Below the pieces are notes generated by a model. The model saw nothing but the letters and a program-made list of their open reading frames with translations, did no database searches and was not told where the DNA came from. The position numbers and the translations under genes are program-made. Below are positions 57,002 to 64,000 of a stretch of 64,000 nucleotides of DNA, in pieces; position 1 is the stretch's first letter; every line of letters begins with the position of its first letter. The DNA is from an uncultured Anaerolineaceae bacterium (GTDB taxonomy: Bacteria; Chloroflexota; Anaerolineae; Anaerolineales; E44-bin32), in contig CAYYVY010000008.1 of the NCBI GenBank assembly GCA_964475265.1, positions 4,485 to 68,484 on the forward strand, given 5' to 3'.

Positions 57002-57358
57002 CTATTCGATCAGTTCTTTGATCCGGTCCCTGGCATCCATCGCCTGACCGAGCAAGAAACCCAGAATCGTGAGAAAAATAATCGCCCCAAATCCAATCAC
57101 ATCCCCCCATGGAGGCTCGACAAAGTCGGGCACGATAATCAACGCGACTACCCCAATCGTCAACCCCAGGACGAAACCCAAGAATTTGTTCGGCATCTCT
57201 CGGATCATCGTACCAATAGAGAAACGTGTCACAGATTTTTTACGACGTGTGGCAATCGAATGCTGAAGATAATTGACTTTCTTTTGGGGATCACGAAGTT
57301 GGATTTGTCTGTCGCGAATCCGTTTTAACCGCTCTTGGTCCGAATTTCGAGAACTCAT
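57002..57358 (-). CDS. small two-TM membrane protein with a basic N-terminus
   Basis: TM segments are FLGFVLGLTIGVVALIIV and VIGFGAIIFLTILGFLLG. I recognise no family. Confidence 0.5.
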   Translation of the reverse strand: MSSRNSDQERLKRIRDRQIQLRDPQKKVNYLQHSIATRRKKSVTRFSIGTMIREMPNKFLGFVLGLTIGVVALIIVPDFVEPPWGDVIGFGAIIFLTILGFLLGQAMDARDRIKELIE

Positions 57359-57414
57359 CTAACACCTCCGCTTGTGAGGATTCCAATACACCGATGATGC
57401 TCGATGCTTGAAGC

Positions 57415-57951
57415 CTATTTGTCGGATCCAAACCATTCATCGTGAACAAAATTCGGGCAGTGATCGTTCAAGCTGCGTTCACTTGCCCATGCAATGATCT
57501 CTGAATCCTTCGCTGCAGGTGTACACAGCCGCTCCGGGTCAACACGAATTCCCGCTCGTGCCAAATCCAACCGATCTGCGTCGAAGCACGTTCGAACAGT
57601 TATGTTGGTATGAGTCCGTCCATCGGTATGATGGGCACATGCGGTATACAGCAATGCATACTCCTCGTCAGAAATGTCGAAATAGGATCCCCACAGGGTC
57701 TGCATGAATTCCGCAGCACGTTTGCCGTGCCCTGGATCGATGCCTTCGTTAACCCTCCTGGAATCATGGAAAACGGCAAACAAACCCACAACTTTCAAAT
57801 TGGCCGCGTTTCGTTTCCCTAATTTCATGCCGTTTTCGTACACACGCGCCCAGTGCTGGATCCCATGAATGCCGAAAAGCGGCAGGGTGTATGTCTCGAG
57901 GATTTTTGTCAGCAATGCCGGGGAAATGCTATCAATCATTGCTTTACTCAA
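57415..57951 (-). CDS. HD-domain-like protein
   Basis: It has the H...HD pattern (GIQHWARV ... FAVFHDSRR) plus CAHHTDG and FDADRLD. Confidence 0.55.
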   Translation of the reverse strand: MSKAMIDSISPALLTKILETYTLPLFGIHGIQHWARVYENGMKLGKRNAANLKVVGLFAVFHDSRRVNEGIDPGHGKRAAEFMQTLWGSYFDISDEEYALLYTACAHHTDGRTHTNITVRTCFDADRLDLARAGIRVDPERLCTPAAKDSEIIAWASERSLNDHCPNFVHDEWFGSDK

Positions 57952-57978
57952 TGCCGCTAATCGTGATCCCGTATACGC

Positions 57979-58332
57979 TCATCCCTCGTTCTCACCGATC
58001 GGCTCGAGGTACGTTCGCAGTGAGACCAGTTGTTCCTTGGAAGACCACGCGACGTAAATCGGTTTTTCATGACGAAGTGTATCGAGGACGGAAACGACTT
58101 CGGTCGTCGATAAATGACAAACGAGTGTGGGTTTGGGGCTCGATGGCGTGCGCAGCGAATCCATTCTCGTCCATAGTTTTTGCGGCTGGTAAAAACGCAG
58201 TTCTGCCGCAACGCCTTTGATATCATCACTGAACAGCATGATACGCGTCCTCAAATCCTGATCTACCGCAGATTCACTGTTCCCGAAGAATTCAACGACG
58301 TAGCTTTTTACCTTGTAGCTAATATCTTCCAT
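57979..58332 (-). CDS. hypothetical protein (117 aa)
   Basis: The ORF is co-oriented, 27 nt upstream of the HD-like gene. I recognise no family. Confidence 0.4.
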   Translation of the reverse strand: MEDISYKVKSYVVEFFGNSESAVDQDLRTRIMLFSDDIKGVAAELRFYQPQKLWTRMDSLRTPSSPKPTLVCHLSTTEVVSVLDTLRHEKPIYVAWSSKEQLVSLRTYLEPIGENEG

Positions 58333-58507
58333 CGACGCACCTCACTCAATTGGGGTGTTGGTTTGCCATGCAGCTCGTGAGGCTAGTGTATATGCGAACT
58401 CACTAATTCACAACGGGATGCCTTGCGAAAGTCACGTCTACTGTCAATTGCCTCGTCAACAACAATGAATTTACTTGGTATTGTGGAAGCTTCGCTTGAT
58501 GAAACCT

Positions 58508-58822
58508 TCAATTCGGGGCACGGACTGCGAGGCGAAAGGGATACAACTCAGGGATCATCACGCCTTGTGCCACGGCAGGATCCGACTGCATGATCTTAAA
58601 CGCCTCTCCTTCGGATCGAGCATGAAACACGACGATGCCAAAAGTCCGCTCATCATCCGTAACGGTGCGGCCGGCAAACAGGACGACCCCTTTCGCCGCC
58701 AATTCGGAAAGGTAATTGAAGTGTTGGGTGACGATCTCGGTTTCGCGTTCCGTGGAACCTTCTGTCAGCATCTCCATTCGGGCCGGCCGAATCGTGTATA
58801 AAAATTGTTGGGTTTCTGGCAT
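58508..58822 (-). CDS. YciI-like protein
   Basis: It is about 100 aa, with QFLYTIRP...HFNYL..L...GVVLFAGRT......GIVVF.A.SEGEA...MQSDPAV..G, the typical YciI-family pattern. Confidence 0.6.
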   Translation of the reverse strand: MPETQQFLYTIRPARMEMLTEGSTERETEIVTQHFNYLSELAAKGVVLFAGRTVTDDERTFGIVVFHARSEGEAFKIMQSDPAVAQGVMIPELYPFRLAVRAPN

Positions 58823-58834
58823 AGGTATCCGCTT

Positions 58835-59998
58835 TCAAACGAGTTGAGGTCGAATTGAGCGCACGCGTCGCATCGTGTTTCGAGAGAAAAGGTGGATCTC
58901 CGTCGGTGCCAACTGCACATCCGAACCGATGCGCAGCACTCGCTTGTCGGGAATTCGTGCGACGATTGGTTCGTTTCCGATACGCAGGGTAACGATGTTT
59001 ACCCCCTTGACCGGTACCTCAAGGATATCGGTAACAGTCGCATTAATGCTGTACTCCGGCGTACTTTCGTCCATCAATAGGAGGGCTTCCGGGCGAATGC
59101 CGACCAGGTACCGATCGATCGATGGTGAGATCAATGTGCCATCGATTATGTTAATCGCCGGCGTATCCATATCCATGTTCACAAAATTCGCCACGAAGAG
59201 GTTTGCCGGATTGCGGTAAATTCGATCGTAGGTAGCAACCTGCTCCACCGTTCCGATGTTCATGATCGCCACCAAATCGGCCATCATCATCGCTTCTTGT
59301 TGATCGTGCGTTACGTATACGGCCGTAACCCCATAACGCTGCAGCAACTTTTTTAATTCAACCCGGTATCGGAAACGCAGTTGTTGATCGAGGTTCGAAA
59401 TTGGCTCGTCCAGTAGAATGACTCTGGGATCTCTGGTGATGCATCGACCCAATGCGACGCGTTGTTTCTCCCCTTGAGAAAGACTATCGGGTTTTCGATC
59501 CAATAAGTATTCGATTTCAACGCCCAAAAGGCGGCTCGTCTGCTCGAATTTCTCCTGCGCGATTTTGCTCAATTCGGGAGTCTGTTTCTTAAAGAAGAAA
59601 TAGGAGAGAATGTTCTGTTTTGCCGTCAATGGCGGATAAAGCGCAAATTGCTGGAAGACGACACCGATCTTTCGCTCTCCTGGCGACGTGCCCTGCATAT
59701 CGATGCCGTCATAACGTACGCTTCCCGAATCTGGTCTTGTCAATCCGGCGATAATTCGAAGCAGGGTCGTCTTTCCACACCCGCTGGGCCCTAAAAGGAC
59801 AACGGTCTTTTTATCCGGAATGATCAGATTCAGGTCCTTCATTTCGAAATCGATTTTCCGCAAACCAATTTTCTTGGAAGTCTTTTTATCGTCCCCTTTA
59901 TCTTCTTTCGACACGTCGAGGGCGAAATGGTCCTTGGAATTTTTCCGGGATTGATTCTTGAATGTTTTCGAAATTTCCGTTAATTCAATAGTTGCCAT
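58835..59998 (-). CDS. MalK/UgpC-type ABC transporter ATP-binding protein; no permease or SBP adjacent
   Basis: Motifs are Walker A GPSGCGKTT, Q-loop VFQQFALYP, signature variant LSQGEKQRVALGR, Walker B ILLDEPISNLD and H-loop THDQQEA. It has a C-terminal TOBE-like region and an N-terminal Lys-rich insertion. Confidence 0.85.
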   Translation of the reverse strand: MATIELTEISKTFKNQSRKNSKDHFALDVSKEDKGDDKKTSKKIGLRKIDFEMKDLNLIIPDKKTVVLLGPSGCGKTTLLRIIAGLTRPDSGSVRYDGIDMQGTSPGERKIGVVFQQFALYPPLTAKQNILSYFFFKKQTPELSKIAQEKFEQTSRLLGVEIEYLLDRKPDSLSQGEKQRVALGRCITRDPRVILLDEPISNLDQQLRFRYRVELKKLLQRYGVTAVYVTHDQQEAMMMADLVAIMNIGTVEQVATYDRIYRNPANLFVANFVNMDMDTPAINIIDGTLISPSIDRYLVGIRPEALLLMDESTPEYSINATVTDILEVPVKGVNIVTLRIGNEPIVARIPDKRVLRIGSDVQLAPTEIHLFSRNTMRRVRSIRPQLV

Positions 59999-60105
59999 CC
60001 AGCGCTCTCCAGAGTTGAAAGGAAGGTGTTTCAGGTACTCCCATCTACCTTCGCGGTCTGAGACATGCGATCGTTATCTCAAAGCTAATACGACTCACAA
60101 ATCCC

Positions 60106-60987
60106 TCAAGACGACATCATGCAATCAGATTCGCCGTACTCGATGTCGATCGTGATGTGGGAGATGTCTAAATTTTGTACCAGATCGCGTATATCCTGTT
60201 TTACACATAACACACTTTCCCTTGGTGTATCTGCACCGACGACGACGTGGGTTGTCAAGACATGGTGAACGCCATCCAACGACCAGATGTGCGTGTGGTG
60301 GACCGATTTAACGTTCTCTATTTGAAGCAGGCACCTGTCAATGTATTCAATATCGTAACTCGCGGGAACCCCTTGAAGAAATACATCGAGGGTCTGTCTC
60401 AGGTTTCGTTGCACGTTGTATAGAACGAAAATCGAAATCGAGATCGACAACAAAGGGTCGAGAAAATAGAGATCGGCAAACAAGAGGATGATGCTGACGA
60501 TGAGTACTGCGATCCAGCCAAGTACATCTTCGATAAAATGCCAGGCGATCGTTCGGGCATTGAAAGAACCGTCGCGCCGAAGCCGAATTACAGCGATTCC
60601 ATTCACGACGATCCCACCCAGGGCCAGTACTGCCATACCCTGTGCATTGGGTTTCTCCGGAGAGAACAACCTTGGAATCGCCTCGAGCGAGATGTAGAGG
60701 GCACCGATGATGAGAATGACCGTGTTAATCAATGCACCAAGAAGCGAGAACCGCCGGTATCCATATGAAAAACGTCGATCGCTCTCCTTCTGGGAGAAGT
60801 GTTCCAAATACCACCCCAACCCGAGAGAAACAGCGTCTCCAAGATCGTGCATGGCATCCGACAAGATCGCCAGGCTGTTGGTTAGGACGCCTCCGACGAT
60901 TTCGACGATGGTAAACAATAGATTCAGAAAAAACGCCGTCCGCAAGCCGGCAGCTGTATTTTGGTGATGAGGATGGTTATGCTCCAT
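60106..60987 (-). CDS. cation diffusion facilitator family metal exporter (CzcD/ZitB-like)
   Basis: It has a His-rich N-terminus (MEHNHPHHQ), six TMs, SLAILSDAMHDLGD in TM2 and HFIEDVLGW in TM5. Confidence 0.88.
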   Translation of the reverse strand: MEHNHPHHQNTAAGLRTAFFLNLLFTIVEIVGGVLTNSLAILSDAMHDLGDAVSLGLGWYLEHFSQKESDRRFSYGYRRFSLLGALINTVILIIGALYISLEAIPRLFSPEKPNAQGMAVLALGGIVVNGIAVIRLRRDGSFNARTIAWHFIEDVLGWIAVLIVSIILLFADLYFLDPLLSISISIFVLYNVQRNLRQTLDVFLQGVPASYDIEYIDRCLLQIENVKSVHHTHIWSLDGVHHVLTTHVVVGADTPRESVLCVKQDIRDLVQNLDISHITIDIEYGESDCMMSS

Positions 60988-61093
60988 CGAAGTTTTTCTT
61001 CCAATCTAGTAGTGCATTATCTATTATATTCGCTCCCGCAGCGGTCCTCGAAAACAGGTGATTTTGTGATCGGGAGCTGCAGGTCGATCAACT

Positions 61094-61882
61094 TCATTCT
61101 ACTCGCTTCCTCAGCGTGAAGCGCAATCCGGACCAGATCGTGTCGATCGAGCAAATTTTATAGTCGACCATTCCGGAAGCCAAACCCACTTGACGGACAA
61201 TATTTTGTGAGAGGTCGCTTTTCACGCCGGATGATTTCTTGGGCCAGATGATCCACAGCCCTCCTTTTACAGAATACGGACGCATTTCCCCGATATTTCG
61301 CATGAGTTCTTCGCTGGAGCGAACAAACCAGAGCGTGATATCCGCCGATTGGAGATCACCCCGCTGAACTCGCACGTCTTCCGGCAGCTTTCCGAGACTG
61401 TCCTCAAACCCCTCTGGCGCCTTGATCAGCAGTACGCTGGAATTGGATTCAATGCCCAGTTTTTTGGTTAGCGGGGTTCCTTTGTACGCCTCAAACACAC
61501 TTTCAGGAACGATCGGGGATTCCGGCTGATTCGCAACAGCTTGCTCGATCGCAGTTCTTATCGTATCCCACGAAGAAAATACTGCGTCCGGGAAATGTTC
61601 TCGAATTTTATCCACCTTCTCAGCAGACCCTGCGCAAAATACGATCGGAACGTGTCTCGTCGCCTTTGTCTTCCGCAATGTGAAACCGATGTCGCGCCCT
61701 TGCGATGGAAGCCGGCTCAAATCGATTAGGATCACGTCCGGAATTTTTTCGCGAATTTTCTGTAGTGTATTTCGGGAGAATATTTCGAATTCAGGTTCGA
61801 ATCCTTCTGCTCTTATCCGTTGTACGCACGCTTGCGCTTCAACATCATTCCAATGGATCAAACGCACACGTTTCATACCCAT
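61094..61882 (-). CDS. receiver-like domain fused to a DUF3052 domain
   Basis: The C-terminus has GTPLTKKLGIE...LLIKAPEGFEDSLGKLPEDV...GGLWIIWPKKSSGVKSDLSQNIVRQVGLASGMVDYKICSIDTIWSGLRF, the DUF3052 pattern. The N-terminal ~120 aa look CheY-fold-like (VILIDLSRLPSQG). Confidence 0.65.
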   Translation of the reverse strand: MGMKRVRLIHWNDVEAQACVQRIRAEGFEPEFEIFSRNTLQKIREKIPDVILIDLSRLPSQGRDIGFTLRKTKATRHVPIVFCAGSAEKVDKIREHFPDAVFSSWDTIRTAIEQAVANQPESPIVPESVFEAYKGTPLTKKLGIESNSSVLLIKAPEGFEDSLGKLPEDVRVQRGDLQSADITLWFVRSSEELMRNIGEMRPYSVKGGLWIIWPKKSSGVKSDLSQNIVRQVGLASGMVDYKICSIDTIWSGLRFTLRKRVE

Positions 61883-61929
61883 CCACTCAAGTGTTCTTAT
61901 ATCTTAATGCCGTGTGGCTATGCGCAATC

Positions 61930-62916
61930 CTAGATACGGAGTTCGACGACATCGCCATCCTGCAGGACATAGTCACGCCCGACCATGATCCCGTCGTGTT
62001 CCGCACTCCCCCACAAACGCGCACTCTTAAAATTTTTAAGAAAATCCTGATGCACTTTACCGGCAAATTCTTCCACCGTACATCCACGATCGAGGATGAA
62101 TGGGGACCGGAAATCGGGCTCTTTCCCAGGCGCCTTCGAGTAAACTCGAATAATGTTCAATTGCTTGAAGATGATCTCTTTTAAACGGTCTAAATTGCGA
62201 CCTGTCTTCGCAGAGATGGGCAGCAGTGGCCAGTCTTGTTCGAGCAAGGATTTGAAAATTTCAAAATTCTCGTCTGTGTCTTCATCGTCGTTTTTATTGG
62301 CCAAAATGAAAATGGGTTTCTCAGAATAAAACTGTCCCGGTTCTTCCGGATAAGCAAGATGCTCCGGAGCGATTCTGTTTTCCAACAGCAGACTTGCGAC
62401 ATTGTTCAACTGTGCCAGCGGATCAGCTCGAATGTCTACTACGATGAGAACGATGTCAGCTCTGCGGATGAGTTCGATTAATTCGGGTTCGATGAATTCA
62501 CGATTGGTCGGTGGCGTGTCGATCAATTGAAATTGCACGTTTTCATAGCGCATCATACCGGGAGTCGGCTTCCACGTCGTAAATGGAAAATCAGCAACTT
62601 CAGGTTTGGCGTTGGTGAGTGTCGCAACGAGCATCGATTTGCCGACGTTGGCGTTCCCGACCACAACAATTTGTCCCGCGCCTTCCCTTTCGATATGGAA
62701 TGCAGATTCCTGACGGCTTACGGACTTGCGTGCTTGTGCAGTTGATTTCAACTTGGATAGTTTCTTACGCAGATCACCACGGAGTTTGTCGGTACCCTTA
62801 TGCTTGGGGATCTTGGTGAGCATTTCTTCGAGGCAAGCAACTTTCTCCTCCGGCGAACTCGCCGAACGATAACGCGCTTCAACCTCAAAATAATCAGGGG
62901 GAAGATTCGTAGGCAT
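61930..62916 (-). CDS. DRG-family (OBG-HflX-like) GTPase with C-terminal TGS domain
   Basis: It has G1 GNANVGKS, G2 FPFTT and G4 NKND. The N-terminal helical segment and the C-terminal VRVYSKAPGKEPDFRSPFIL...TVEEFAGKVHQDFLKNFKSARLWG...DGDVVELRI both resemble DRG/Rbg proteins. Confidence 0.75.
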   Translation of the reverse strand: MPTNLPPDYFEVEARYRSASSPEEKVACLEEMLTKIPKHKGTDKLRGDLRKKLSKLKSTAQARKSVSRQESAFHIEREGAGQIVVVGNANVGKSMLVATLTNAKPEVADFPFTTWKPTPGMMRYENVQFQLIDTPPTNREFIEPELIELIRRADIVLIVVDIRADPLAQLNNVASLLLENRIAPEHLAYPEEPGQFYSEKPIFILANKNDDEDTDENFEIFKSLLEQDWPLLPISAKTGRNLDRLKEIIFKQLNIIRVYSKAPGKEPDFRSPFILDRGCTVEEFAGKVHQDFLKNFKSARLWGSAEHDGIMVGRDYVLQDGDVVELRI

Positions 62917-63153
62917 CGTTATTCAATCAATTCAATGGAAACGTTCAGAAACTATAAAGAAAACACGGAACCCATTCACTCATTGGGCAATACCTACCGC
63001 ACGTTTTGATTATATACGCATTCGTCCGGGGAATATAACACGTTGTAACATCAGGATCGGAGCAGATGCCCTAGCTGCCCCATCCAACCTGGAATTCTGC
63101 AATAGACGAAGTGAGGTCTTTCGAGTTAAAATTATATGAAAGGAGATGGTTGA

Positions 63154-64000
63154 ATGGCGCCACCATTTCGCGAGCAAGTGACCCAACTACGGGAACAAGT
63201 TATCGAGGAAGCCTTGAGGTTCCTACATCTTTCCCACGATACTTGGTCTGGGAAAATCATCGGAGGCGTGCTTGCCTCCCCCGCCACGCGCTTCGCCGAG
63301 CTCGTGCAAAGCTTCGATCAGCTCGTAGAGGGCTCAGGTTTGCACGAAGCTTCACGGCGAATGCTCGATCGCTTTGTCCGCTGCTTCGAAGTCGAAGGAC
63401 TCGAAGAAGTGCCGACGAGCGGTCCCTTGCTCATTGCTTCCAATCATCCCGGGATGGTAGACGGCCTGCTGGTCGCCGCCAGCCTGCCCCGTCCCGACTT
63501 GAAGATTGTCGCCAGCGCCATGCCCATGTTCGCCAACTTAAAGGCAATGCGAGATCATTTCATTCTCGTCTCGCGCAACACATTCGAACGACTTGCCGTC
63601 GTACGTTCTGTGATTCGACACCTGCAAGAGGGTGGCGCTGTGTTGATATTCCCACGTGGCTTAATCGAACCCGACCCGCAGGTTTTGAGTGGTGCGACTG
63701 AATCCCTGGCGCGCTGGTCCCCCAGTCTCGAACTCATGCTACGGCGTGTACCGCAAGCCCGTCTCTCGGTCACCATCATTCGGGGCGTGTTGTCTTCCTG
63801 GTCGATCAGAAACCCGCTCACTCGACTTCGCAGGAGCATACACGACAAACAGGTGATTGCCGAAATCAGCCAAGCAGTCCAACACCTGTTTCTTCCCCGC
63901 ACGCTTGCGATTGCGCCCAGACTCAATTATGCGCCTCCGATGACTTTCAACGAGATCATCGAAAGATATCAAGGATTGAATCCGATGGACGTCATCCGCC
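63154..64000 (+). CDS. lysophospholipid (1-acyl-glycerol-3-phosphate type) acyltransferase family protein; 3-prime end is off the window
   Basis: The frame stays open from the ATG at 63154 (AGGAGA at 63141-63146) to the window end. The translation contains the HX4D motif (IASNHPGMVDG) and FPRGLIEPD. It is absent from the ORF track because no stop lies in the window. Confidence 0.7.
   Translation, partial: MAPPFREQVTQLREQVIEEALRFLHLSHDTWSGKIIGGVLASPATRFAELVQSFDQLVEGSGLHEASRRMLDRFVRCFEVEGLEEVPTSGPLLIASNHPGMVDGLLVAASLPRPDLKIVASAMPMFANLKAMRDHFILVSRNTFERLAVVRSVIRHLQEGGAVLIFPRGLIEPDPQVLSGATESLARWSPSLELMLRRVPQARLSVTIIRGVLSSWSIRNPLTRLRRSIHDKQVIAEISQAVQHLFLPRTLAIAPRLNYAPPMTFNEIIERYQGLNPMDVIR

Noticed and set aside
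57000-63000. The right-hand 6 kb looked more AT-rich than the TPR operon, suggesting a horizontally acquired island. For example, one 60-nt line near 59821 is 38 percent GC, against 45 percent for one line near 8401.
   Set aside because: This rests on only a few hand-counted lines, and there are no integrase genes, tRNA-flanking repeats or mobility genes. The gene content (CDF exporter, GTPase, ABC ATPase) is ordinary. It needs a sliding-window GC and codon-usage calculation before any claim.
63111-63701. Track ORF of 196 aa, extremely Arg-rich.
   Set aside because: Another frame (from the ATG at 63154) stays open to the window end and encodes a recognisable HX4D acyltransferase. The Arg-rich ORF is the typical off-frame product of GC-rich coding sequence.
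1-64000. A search for CRISPR arrays, IS elements, transposases, integrases, toxin-antitoxin pairs, restriction-modification genes or known defence genes.
   Set aside because: I found no regularly spaced direct repeats and no recognisable mobility or defence protein motifs in any frame.

Overview
This is a 64-kb chromosomal segment from a moderately GC-rich bacterium. Gene content suggests a monoderm, Chloroflexota/Anaerolineae-like organism, but that is inference only. I support about 60 protein-coding genes, one tRNA (Leu-GAG), several intrinsic terminators and four promoters. I found no rRNA, CRISPR array, transposase, integrase or phage genes.

Most of the window is housekeeping:
- trmFO
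- amino-acid ABC transporter
- plsX-fabF-fabF
- scpB-rluB-sucCD-rsmD
- UDP-xylose synthase and GtrA
- acpP
- fni plus a prenyl synthase
- ftsH
- fadD
- an aminotransferase
- a CDF exporter

The most unusual region is 170-16765. Two almost identical, perfect-consensus sigma-54 (-24/-12) promoters are present.
- The first precedes rpoN itself. This rpoN carries a Cys4 zinc-ribbon insertion and is followed by a cytoplasmic PAS histidine kinase and an NtrC-type activator with no DNA-binding domain.
- The second precedes a tightly coupled operon. It encodes a small membrane protein, a 1720-aa TPR protein, a TPR plus clan-CD (gingipain/legumain-like) cysteine peptidase, an unknown 442-aa protein, ftsZ and two tiny ORFs.

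No ftsA, ftsQ or mur genes flank ftsZ.

A second notable locus is 39291-45139. It is a six-gene operon: a Ser/Thr kinase with a PQQ-type beta-propeller, a PP2C phosphatase, a J-domain/vWA fusion, a zinc-ribbon FHA protein, an 80-aa ORF and an OmpR-type regulator.

Smaller oddities:
- an SPFH (YdjI-like) protein fused to an excisionase-type HTH
- a DRG/TGS-family GTPase with a DTPP G3 motif
- an orphan MalK-like ATPase with a Lys-rich insertion
- a receiver-like/DUF3052 fusion
- an orphan ChlI-like AAA+ protein

All functional calls come from motif recognition by eye. No database search was run.
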